This document shows, piece after piece, positions 8,604-18,988 of a stretch of DNA of 64,000 nt (the stretch's first letter is position 1; every line of letters starts with the position of its first letter). Made by a program: the position numbers and the translations under genes. Source of the DNA: Prasinococcaceae sp. CCMP 1430 (lineage: Eukaryota > Plantae > Prasinodermophyta); NCBI GenBank assembly GCA_013416795.1, contig RQSC01000125.1, positions 8,799-72,798 on the forward strand, in the 5' to 3' direction. The notes below the pieces were generated by a model. The model was not told the DNA's origin. It worked only from the letters and a program-made list of their open reading frames with translations, and searched no databases.

Positions 8604-10994
8604 CTACTGCGCCGCGCCGTTTCGCTGCGCGGCGTCGGCGAGGGCCGCGGCGATTCTCGCCTCGCGCGCGGCGCCCGCGATGGCCGCGCCAATCCTCGCC
8701 TCGGCCGTGAGGCCGTCATCCACCGGCGGCGCGGGGAGCGCCGCGAGCGCAAAGTTGTAGTCCTTTCCTTCGGCGTTGTCCCAGCGCTCGCCCTCGCCGT
8801 CGGTGAACGCCACGTTGAGCTCGCGCGCGCCCTCGGGCGCCCGCAGGGTGACTGCCCAATAGCCGCCGCCCTGTTTCTCCATCGGCAGGCGCGAGATGGC
8901 CGCGCTCCAGCCGTCGAAGCCAACCTGCGCGTGCATCTCCTCGGCGCCCGCGAGCGGCCCGTCCGCCCAGGCGAGCAGCCGCACGACCTTCCCCGGCAGC
9001 GGCTGTGGCGGCAGCACTGCCGCGCGCACGTCGTCGAGCGCGCGCGCCTCCGCGGCTTGGAGCGCCTCGTCGCGCGCTTCCAGGTAGTCGTTGGCTGCCC
9101 GGCCGATGTCCACGCAAAAGGTGTCCGCGGCGGCGGCGGCGAGCTCCGCGGCACGCATGGCACCCTCCACACCCCACCACGGCTGCGCCACCCACAGCGC
9201 CGCCTGTCGTCGCGCCGCGCACGCAGCAGAGGCGGGAGACACGGCTTCCGTCAGCGCAAGGCGCGCCAAAGCTTGTGTTGATGAGTTTGCGTGCGTGCGC
9301 GGAGATGCGCACGCGCGCGCGCGCGTGTGTGCGCGCGCGCGGGGGCGTGCATTCAGAGGCCCGCCACGCACCTCTGGCAGCCTTTTCGCCCACGCTTCCT
9401 CCGAGTGCGTCGCCCCTTTCACGAGGTTGGAGCGCACCCGCGCGGACAGTCCCGCGCCACCCATCCACGCCACGCACTCGCCGTACATGCGGCTGAGCAT
9501 ATCGTCCAAGTCGTGGCGGTCCTCGGAGCCCTCCCGCGTCGAGTACTCCTTCGTGCCCATGGCGATGTACATGCGCGCGGGCCAGCGCGCGTCCACCTGT
9601 GAAGAAGGTGCGCGCGCGCGTCAGCGCGCCGCTGACTTGCGGGGGATTCCAGGCGCCGCATGGCGTGCCCGCGGTCGCACGCGCGCGCACAATGCACGCG
9701 CGCTCACGCGCGCGACGAGCTGTTCGCGCGCGCACTCGCAAGGCAGGGCGCACGCAATATGCGTGGGCACGCACGCGTGCACACACGGACGCACCGACGA
9801 GAGCCGCGTCTTGACCCTCTCGAGCAGGCGCCCCTCCTCCACCCAGAAGCTGGGCGACTCGAAGATACACGCCGCGACGTCGTCCGGCCTACAAAGAGCG
9901 GCGCCAGCGGTGCGCTGTGTGAGGCGGTGCGACGCCAGCGCGCGCGCTGCGCATCCACGAGACGCGCGTGCACACAGGCGCACGCGCGCTTGCGCCGCGC
10001 GCGCAAGGCAGCTCCCCACACACATCAACATACACGAGCTTGCACGAGCGCTCGTTCGGACGTTCGCCCACGCACCTCTCCATGGCCATGTGCAGCGCGG
10101 CGACGCCGCCAAAGGACGACCCACCGAAGGCGCGGAGCGCGGGCTCGTTGGCGCCGAGGCCTGGGAAGGCCTCGGCGAGCGCCGGCGCAACGTGGTCGAG
10201 GACGAAGCCCAGGTGCTCCGAGATGCCACCGCCAGGCCAGTCGGCGGCCTCCGGGCGCATGTCGCCTGGGCCCATGCCTGGGCGGTACGGAAGGTACTCG
10301 TACGGGCGCCTGCGAAGGAGCGGCGGGCTGGGGAGCGTCATGTTCTCGCCGTACGGGGCGAGCGGTGGTGGGGGTGGGGGCGGAGTGGGGCCGAGCCCGG
10401 GGTTCAGCCCAACATCGCCGGGGTTTTCGCCAACAAGGTGGATGGNAGAGGCCTGGGATGCGGGAGGTGCGGGTGCGGGATGGGGGAGGAGGGAAGGAGA
10501 AAGGAGGGCATGAGTGAGCGGCGGTACGTGCGTGTGTGCGCGAGCGCGCACTCGACGTCGTGTCGGCACGGGCGAGCACACGCGCGAGCTTGCGCAGCGC
10601 GCGTCGCGCACCTCGCCCCGGCGTTATCTATTGCCGCCACGGCGAACGGCGGCGCCGCTCCTGCCGCTATGAGCGCGCTCGCGGCCTCCGCCGCGCGCCA
10701 GCTCGAGCCGCTGTACGACTCCTCGTCGTAGAAGACGTTCTGGCCGTCGAGCAGCAGCAGCACCGGCACGCGGCCGCGCATGGCCGCCGCGGCGCTGCCG
10801 AACGCCGGCGGCAGCCACGCGCGCACGCGGCGCGAGTTGCCCTCGCACGGGCCGTGCACCTGCGAGCGCGTGCGCGCGCGTGCGTCGCGCGGAGGTCAGC
10901 GGGAGGGGACGGCCCAACGCGCCCACGCCGGCGCTGTGCGGCTCTTTCTGCCCCCCTGGTCACGCACGCGCGTACGCACACGAGCGCGCTCTCT

Positions 10995-11039
<45 letters not shown>

Positions 11040-11296
11040 ACCGTGATCTCGCGGAGCGTGCCGCCTGCGAGCGGCACTCCGCAGCCCTCGTCCGCCATCG
11101 ACCACTGCGCCCGCGCGCCCGCGCTGTTGAGGGGCACCGGCACGGCCGGCGGCAGCGAGGTGCCCCCGCCGAAGACCCCGCCGAACATGCCCGCGCACCG
11201 CGCGCGGCGTATGCCCCACCCGCCGCGCAGGACCGCCCACCCCGCCGGGTGGGCCGCAGCAGCGCACCGCGGTTCATGCGGGGCTGCTGCGTGCAT
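8604..11296 (-). CDS. Alpha/beta-hydrolase (putative esterase, Fes/IroE-like) with C-terminal starch-binding CBM (CBM53/CBM25-like); six exons
   Basis: Exons ~11296-11042, 10859-10612, 10309-10076, 9888-9795, 9596-9372, 9203-8604, with canonical GT-AG borders. Motifs PVLLLLDGQNVF, AIDNAG, GGSSFGG (nucleophile elbow), ESPSFW, GATHSEEAWAKRLP; then VGFDGW...GYWAVTL...LNVAFTDGEGERWDNAEGKDY. Confidence 0.85.
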
Positions 11297-11583
11297 GCTC
11301 GAAATCAGTGGTCAGAGCGCATGCGCAACGTGCGGGGCCAGGCCAAAACCTTAATCTCAAGTGCTAGGGTTTACAATGAGCGCCCACCGGCAACGGATGC
11401 GAATTGATGTTCATCATGATGGTGATGGCATGCGGTATGCGCACGCGCGACAGATGCAACCTTAACCCGTCCACCCATGGCCGCGCAGGGGGGAAAATGT
11501 GCTGTTGCAGTCGCGTGCGAGTGCGGCCCCAGCGGCGCGCGCCACAGCTGCGCGGGCGGGGCGCGGTGGGGGTCCCTCCCGCG

Positions 11584-11745
11584 ATGCTCGCGCGCGCGGC
11601 GCGCGAGGCGAGCCGCCGCGCGGCGGCGCCGCTGCGGCGCTACGCTGCCGCGCCCGCGCTCGTGTCGGACGTGACGGTGCCCTTCACAGTCGTTGACTAC
11701 GATGGGGTGCGCCACAAGTGCGTCGGCCGCGTGGGCCACAACCTC
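11584..11745 (+). CDS. 5' fragment of a mitochondrial 2Fe-2S ferredoxin-like protein (adrenodoxin / complex I ferredoxin-bridge type), truncated at N11746
   Basis: Arg/Ala-rich presequence MLARAAREASRRAAAPLRRY, then VSDVTVPFTVVDYDGVRHKCVGRVGHNL, matching the ferredoxin N-terminal strand pattern (V.F.D.DG....V.G..G.NL). The Cys region is missing. Confidence 0.6.
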
Positions 11746-11984
11746 NGCGCGCGCGCGCGCGCGCGCGCGCGCGCACGCGTGGCGTCGCGCCCACCCCCTA
11801 CACAACCTTTTTCATCACCGCTTTTTTCTCACAATCACTTCAGATAGCATTTTAAAAACACGGTTGGAGCGCGGTCTGTCGCGTGGGACCGGACTTGCGC
11901 CCCCGCCCAAATCCGATCCGCGGAAACAAAAAAAGCGCGCGCCGAACCCCGAACCCGCCGTCGCCGAACCGGCGGTCGACGCCC

Positions 11985-12160
11985 GCGAATCCGTTACGAA
12001 TGACGTCCCACAACGACGACATCAGACCCTTTGGAGATTCAGCGAATCCATTACAGATGACGTCGCATGACGACGACATCAGACCCTTAAGAGTTTCAGC
12101 GAATCCATTACAAATGACGTCGCGCAACGATGACAGACCCTTTGTAGTTTCAACCCCGAA
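11985..12160. repeat. Three tandem copies of a 57-bp unit
   Basis: GCGAATCC(G/A)TTAC...ATGACGTC...CAGACCCTT starts at 11985, 12042 and 12099. Confidence 0.9.
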
Positions 12161-12217
12161 TCCGGAAAGCGCGCGCGCGCCGGGGGGGGCCGCGCGCGCG
12201 AGGGCGCCGACGGCGAA

Positions 12218-12427
12218 CCCAAACCTCGCCGACTCGATTCGAATTCGCAATGACCTCCTCAAAGGCGATACACAGACCCTTAAAGTACATACCTCAAAGA
12301 TGTTCCGCGGCGCGCGGCGGCGCGGGGGGCGCGCGCGCGACGCCTCTTTGAGGTATGCACAGAAAGGGTCTGTGTATCTCATTTGAGGAGGTCATTGTGC
12401 ATTGGAATCGAGTCGGTGAGGTTTGGG
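12218..12427. repeat. Long imperfect inverted repeat (83-bp arms, 44-bp GC-rich spacer)
   Basis: 12218-12300 aligns ungapped to the reverse complement of 12345-12427, with 10 mismatches in 83 by manual count. Confidence 0.9.
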
Positions 12428-12489
12428 GCTGTCGTCGGCGTCATCGAACGCGCGCGTGGGCGTGGGCGTGGGCGCGGGCGCGGGCGCGG

Positions 12490-12850
12490 CGGGGGAGTGA
12501 CTGCACACACACGCACGGCGCTGGCGTTAGAAGCACACACACACAACACATCCATACACACAGCACATACACACACACAGCACACAACAACGCACGCAAC
12601 GCAACACACACAGCACACAACACAGCGCACGCAACACAGCGCGCACATGCGCGCAGCGCAGCGCAGGCGCTCCACGCGCACGGCGCCGGCGCTGCACACA
12701 CAGACACAGGCATGGCGCTGGCGTTGCACACACACGCCGCACGGTGGTGGCGTTACACACACAGACACACACAGCACTCACACGCACACAGCACTCACAC
12801 GCACACAACACACGCAACGCAACACGCGCAGCGCACAGCACAGCACGCGC
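12490..12850. repeat. CA-rich low-complexity/microsatellite tract with recurring GGCGCTGGCGTT motif
   Basis: Direct reading of the sequence. Confidence 0.75.
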
Positions 12851-13046
12851 GACACGGCTGCGCGCGCGCGCAGCGCTCGCGTCGCCCGCGTGGCGCCCCG
12901 CGCGGCGCGACCCCGGCGACGATCTTTATCATAGTTATCTGCGCGCGCGCGCGCTTTACGCGGAAGGAGCGCGTTTTCGGGGACGCGCGAGCGTTTTTTT
13001 TCCCATCCGTCGGCGCTGTCCGTCCCACTGTCGGTCGTCGAGGGGC

Positions 13047-15358
13047 GATGGGCTGGCCGTTGCCGCTGGGGGGGACGAGGGAGCCGGGGGAGGCGGCGCT
13101 GACGGCGCGGACGAGGGCGAGCGGTGGCAGCGTCGCAGCTGGAGCCTGCGCAACTGGGCGGAGGCGCACGCGCTGCAGGAGGCCGCCCACGGCGCGGAGG
13201 ACGCGCGCCAGCGCGAGCGCGCCGCGGGGGCGCGCCACGCCAGTCTGGCGGCGGCGGCCGCCGCGTTTTGGCAGGAGTGCGGCGGCGCTGAGGCCGCGCG
13301 AGGGGACGCCGCGGGAGGCGNGCCAGGGGGGGCGGCTCGCTCGCCGCGTACGCCAACCTGCACGAGACGTTCGGCCTGCTGCCGCCCGCGCCCGGCGTGG
13401 GCGGCGGGCCCACGCTGCGCGAGTGGATCCCCGCCGCGCAGGCGGTCGCCGTCGTGGGCGACTTCAACGGCTGGGAGCCGCACGGCGACGGCAAGTGGTG
13501 GGCCACGAAGGACGAGGACACCGGCGTGTGGACGCTCGAGCTCCCCGCGGGCGCGCTCAAGCACGGCGACCACTACCGCCTGCGCGTGCAGGGCCCCGGC
13601 GACGTGTGGCACGACCGCCTGCCGGCGTTCGCGCGCTACGCCGAGCCGGGCGACGCGATGCTCGACAGCGGCGCGGGGAAGCGCTACGACGGCGTGTACT
13701 GGGACCCGCCGGGCGGCGCGCGGCTCTCCGCGCGGCCGCCGCGGCCCGTGCGGCCGAACTCGCCGCGCGTGTACGAGTGCCACGCGGGGATGGGCACGCC
13801 GGAGGAGCGCGTGGGCACGTGGCGCGAGTTCGCCGACGAGGTGCTGCCGCGCGCGGCGGCGAACGGCTACAACGCCGTGCAGCTGATGGCCGTGCAGGAG
13901 CACCCGTACTACGCGTCCTTCGGCTACCACGTGTCGCTGCCCTTCGCGCCGTCGTCGCGCTGCGGCCCGCCGGAGGACCTCGTGTACCTGGTGGACAAGG
14001 CGCACGAGCTGGGGCTGCAGGTGCTGCTCGACGTGGTGCACTCGCACGCGTGCAAGAACGTGGAGGACGGCGTGGCGGGCCTGGACCTGGGCGGCGGCGG
14101 CGGCACCAGCCTCTTCCACGAGGGCGAGCGCGGCTACCACAGGCTGTGGGACAGCCGCTGCTACGACTACGGCAGCGAGTTCGTCAAACGCTACCTGCTG
14201 TCCAACCTGCGCTACTGGATGGAGGACTACGGCTTCGACGGCTTCCGCTTCGACGGCGTGACGTCGATGCTGTACACGCACCACGGCATCCACACCGAGT
14301 TCCACGGGTACCAGGACTACTTCGGCACGCACACGGACGTCGAGGCGTGCGTGTACCTCATGATGGCCAACGAGCTCATCAAGGAGATCAACCCCGAGGG
14401 GATCAGCATCGCCGAGGACGTGTCGGGCATGCCCACGCTCTGCAGGAGCGTCGGCGTGGGCGGCGTGGGCTTCGACTACAGGCTGGCGATGGGCGTGCCC
14501 GACCTGTACATCGACCTGCTCGAGAACTACAGGGACGAGCACTGGCCGGTGAGCCGCATCGTCTCCACGCTGTGCAACCGCCGCCAGCTGGTCGAGAAGT
14601 GCATCGCGTACACCGAGTCGCACGACCAGGCCATGGTGGGCGACAAGACGCACGCCATGTGGCTCATGTGCCCCGAGATCTACGACGGCATGTCGGCGCT
14701 CGAGGAGCCCTCCGCGGTCATCGCCAGGGGGATGGCGCTGCACAAGCTCCTGAGGCTCATCACCATCGGCCTCGGCGGCGAGGGCTACCTCACCTTCTTC
14801 GGCAACGAGTTCGGCCACCCCGAGTGGATCGACTTCCCGCGCGAGGGCAACGGCTGGACCTACAAGCACTGCCGGCGGCAGTGGCACCTCCCCGACGCCA
14901 CGCACCTGCGCTTCCACCAGCTCGGCTACTTCGACAGGGAGATGCTGGAGCTCGAGGAGCGCACGGGCTTCATGACCACCGACTGGCTGTGGGTGAGCCG
15001 CCAGCACGACGAGCAGAAGCTCGTCGTGTTCGAGCGCGGCCCCAACCTCGTCTTCGTCATCAACTTCCACCCGCACGAGGACTACGTGGACCTCAAGGTG
15101 GGCGCCGGCCAGCCGGGGCGCTACCGCGTCGCCCTCGACTCGGACCAGCCGCGGTACGGAGGCTTCGGGCGCATCCCCGGCCCGGAGTGGGAGAAGGAGC
15201 CCCCCCGCGAGTTCCCCATGCCGTGGCCCGAGGGCCCGTGGGACCACTTCACCGAGCCCGCCGGGCCGGGCGGCATCGACGGGCGCGACTGCTACCTCAC
15301 CATCCCGCTCGTGCCCGCGCGCAGCGCGATGGTGCTCGAGCTGCAGACCGACGACTGA
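13047..15358 (+). CDS. SBE: Starch branching enzyme (GH13_8); 5' end uncertain, frame broken by N13321
   Basis: REWIPAAQAVAVVGDFNGW, VYECHAGMG, HPYYASFGYHV, DVVHSHA, DGFRFDGVTSMLY (nucleophile), AEDVSGMP, YTESHDQAMVGDKT, YLTFFGNEFGHPEWIDFPREGNGW. No introns seen. Confidence 0.95.
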
Positions 15359-15414
15359 GGCGTTCCGCGGCGCCAGCAGAGCGCGCACGGGCGCAAAAGA
15401 GCACGCAAACGAGC

Positions 15415-15463
15415 AAGCAAGCAAGCAAGCAAGCAAACAAACAAACAAACAAACAAACAAACA
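15415..15463. repeat. (GCAA)n(ACAA)n compound microsatellite in the SBE 3' flank
   Basis: Direct reading of the sequence. Confidence 0.85.
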
Positions 15464-16034
15464 CAACGCGGAGGGCTCTACGTGCAATCCCGCAGCAGGC
15501 GTCACCTCCCCCCTCTCCCTCCCAACGAGCCACCCCGAGCTGCCCCGCAGCAACGCGCTTAGAGACCCCCCCGTCGGGCCGTTAGTCAACCCTCCAGAGT
15601 GCACGCACGCGCAAGCGGGGCCCCTGCGCGCGCGCAGCGCGCTAGCGCGGCGGGCCGCTCACGGCGTCCTTCGCCTCCCTGCCCCATCCCAACCTCCCTC
15701 TTCGCCCCCCTCTCTCTCGCGCACACCCCCACACGCTGCCCCGCGGGCCATGCTCGCCGCGCGCGCCAGCTGCCTGGAATGCTCTCCCGTGGTTACATGT
15801 GCCCATACATCACATGATATGTTTAAACCCGAAATGTTGGAGGAGCCAGGCGTGCGAGCAGCGCGCGCACACTGTGCGCGCGAGCGTGCGTGCGTGTGTG
15901 TGCGTGTGGGTGTGCGTGTGGGTGTGTGGGTGTGTGGGTGTGCGCCGTGCCACAGCGCCCGCGCGTCGGCGCGCCCGCGCGCTATGTGCGCGCGCGCGGC
16001 GTGCGCGTGCACCGCTCGCGCGTGGCGCGCGTGC

Positions 16035-16079
<45 letters not shown>

Positions 16080-16218
16080 GCGCGCGCGCGCGCGCGCGCA
16101 CACACACATACACACGTGCTTGTGTGTGCACGCTCCCCCCCGCACACACGCGCGCGCACGCGCGCGCTCGCGCGCATGTGCTGACGCGCTCTCGCGCTCT
16201 CGCTCGCCGCGTCCTTAG

Positions 16219-16412
16219 GGTCATCCGCGCCCTGCGCCTCGGCGCGCGCGTACATGATGTCCTTCTCGGGGATGGCCGACGAGCTCGGCTGGGCGCCGCG
16301 CCCCCCCGTGGTGGCGCCGGCCGACCGCGCGCGCGTGCTGCGCGCGTGGGAGGTGCGCGCGCGACCGCGCGCGACCGCGCGTCCGCGACCGCGTTGGCGT
16401 GGGAATGTGAAT

Positions 16413-16452
<40 letters not shown>

Positions 16453-17063
16453 TCACTCACGCGCGCGCGCACGCTCACACACACACACACACGCGCGCGC
16501 ATGCGCTCGCGCACTAACGCACACGCGCCAAAACACACGCACGCGCGCGCGCACGCGTGCACACACACGCACAGGCGCGCGCGCGCGCCGCGGGGAGGGA
16601 GGAGGTGGGCCTCGGCGAGGCCAGCCTGCCGTTCGCCGACATCCGGAGGATGTCGCCCGAGGAGTTCGTGGAGGTGCGTGCGTGCGTGTGTGCGCGCGCC
16701 CGTGTGTGGGCGTGTGCCCTCGCGTGCGCGCGCGCGCGCGCGCGCGCGCGTGTGCTTGCGCGCGTGTGTGAGGTCGCCGGCAATGCTGACATCGCGCGGG
16801 CGCACTACACGCACTCACGCGCACACACAGCTGCTCCACTCCGGCGTGGGTGCGGCCGGCGTGGTGGCGGGCTCCAACTACCGCTTCGGCTACCGCGCCG
16901 CCGGTGGCGCCGACGAGCTGCGCGAGCTCGCCGAGGCGCGCGGGATGGCCGTGGAGATCGTGGACCTCGTCGGCGACGACGAAGGGGGGGGAGGCGGCGA
17001 CGAGGGTGCGCGAGCGCGCGAGCGCGCAAACACACACACACACACACACACAGAGAGACACAG

Positions 17064-17120
<57 letters not shown>

Positions 17121-17576
17121 ACGCGCGATGCGCGATGCGCGACGCGCGACGCGCGCGAGGGGTTGTGTCGATGCTTACGTGTGTACACGCGCGCGCACAC
17201 ACACACACACACACGCACACACACCGCAGGCGCCGACGTGTCGTCGACGCGCGTGCGCTCCGCGCTCGCCCACGGCGACCCGGGCCTCGCCGCGCGCCTG
17301 CTGGGCCGCCCCCACCGCGTGCTGCTCGCCTCCGACGGCGCCACGCCGCTCAACGCGCTGCCCGCGCCCGGTGAGTACGAAGGCAAGGTCGTCGGCTCGG
17401 TGACGGCCTCCCTCGCCTCTGGGGCGGACGAGCTGCTCGCCGGGGCGGGCGAGCCGCCGGCGGAGGTCGACGCGGTGGTGAGCGTGGGCGAGGACGGCCT
17501 CGTGCGCGTGCCGCCGGCGGCGGCGGACGCCGTGGGGGGCTGCGTGGCGGTGGAGTTCCTAAGGCCGGCGTTCTAA
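16219..17576 (+). CDS. Plant-type FAD synthetase (RibF-like); exons ~16219-16352, 16575-16673, 16831-17005, 17230-17576; upstream exon unclear
   Basis: SFSGMADELGWAPRPPVVAPADRARVLRAW, FADIRRMSPEEFVE, GVVAGSNYRFGYRAAG, VSSTRVRSALAHGD...LLGRPHRV. GT-AG borders keep the frame. Confidence 0.85.
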
Positions 17577-17744
17577 TACTGCGTGTGCCGCGCGAGCGCG
17601 CGAGAGCGCGCGTGCGCGTGTGTGCGTGTGTATGGGCGCGTGTGTGTGTGTGTATGTGTGTGTGTGCATAGGCAAGCGCGTGTGTGCCTCTTCGTGCGTG
17701 CGTGCGCGCGGTGCTTACGTTCGCGCGCGCTCGCGCGCGCGCTG

Positions 17745-18184
17745 CTAGCCGAACGTGTTGTCCGCGCCGCAGTGCTCGTCGAGCCAGCTCTGCACGAAGC
17801 GGACGGCGCACGCGTCATGCGCGTGCATAGCCGCGAGCTCCGCCTCGTCGAGCTTAGCCTCCGCGCCGGGCCGGGTGTCCGTGAGCTCCCCGCGCGCCTC
17901 GTGCAGCGTCACCGGCTTGCCCGCTGCGGCCGCCGCGACGCGCGCCTGCCGCACCGCGCGCGCCTGCGTCAGCGCGCGTGCCACCGCGCGGACGCGCACA
18001 CATGTTCACCGGCGGGCGCCCATATGCACGCGCGCAAACGCGTGCACACACACGCGGGCGCATCAGCCCACACACGCATGCGCGCACACGCGCAGGCGCA
18101 TGCGCTCAACACGCGCGCGAACGCTTGCATGCGCGCTCTCCCTCCATCCCTCCTCCACGCACACACACACACGCACACACACAC

Positions 18185-18226
<42 letters not shown>

Positions 18227-18640
18227 CGTCGATGGCGTCCCCTCCGAGCCGCGCGTCGATGACGAGCCCGCCGACGTCTCGTGGCGCGAGCGCCGCGGCC
18301 GCCGCCAAGCCTGCGGCGCGCGCGCCCGACGCGGTCAACGCGCCCTCCAGCGGCGCGGCGAGCCACAGGTAGTCGTCGGTGGTCGCCGCGCGGTGGTGCG
18401 CGCAAGCATGCGAGCGCTCGTGTGTGTGCACTCGTGCGTCTACGTCTGCGCCTGTGTGAGCTCGTATGCGCGCTCGTGTGTGCGAGCGCGTGCGTCTGTG
18501 TGTACGTGTCCCGCAGCAGACGGCAGCGAGCGCCGCCAGGCGGCTGTACGGCGGCAGGGCCGCCAGGAAGACCGCCGCCGGCAGCAGCGGCGCGGCCGAG
18601 CGCGCCGCCAGGCAGAAGAACAAGGAGAAGGGGGGAAAAA
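17745..18640 (-). CDS. Hypothetical multi-exon protein; 5' end undefined
   Basis: Coding-like exons (DDYLWLAAPLEGALTAS...GGDAIDE; ARAVRQARV...VRFVQSWLDEHCGADNTFG*) bounded by GT/AG sites at 18224 and 17964, with (CA)/(TG) introns between. Confidence 0.4.
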
Positions 18641-18988
18641 GGCGCGCGCTTGCGCGGGCGCGCGCGCACGCGCTTGTGTGCGCACGAGAGAGAGAGAGCC
18701 TCTGCGCGCGTGCACGTGTGCGCGCGTGCTCACGTGCGTGTGTGTGCCAGCGCGTGCGCACACGCACACGCACACGCACCCAGCGTGGGACAGTCGTAGT
18801 CGCAATCAACAGTGATTCAATCCAAATACATGTACGGTACATACAACGTACAGCAGGAGGGCAGCATGCCGACCTGGCGGTCAGCACCCTCAGCCGGCGC
18901 TTGCGCTCGCTCGCTAGGCGCCGCGGCGCGGGGCTGCCACCCGGCGCCGCGGCGCTGCGATGGGGCGGTCGCCCCGCCCTTGCACGCA

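Noticed and set aside
11985-12160. CRISPR interpretation of the 57-bp and ~150-bp arrays
   Set aside because: No unique spacers; whole units are homologous.
12355-15604. Long alternative-frame and antisense ORFs (e.g. 12355-15585, 12956-15604, 4280-5986, 28705-30465, 54576-56337)
   Set aside because: Stop-poor shadows of real genes in very high-GC DNA; Arg/Ala/Pro-rich with no motifs.
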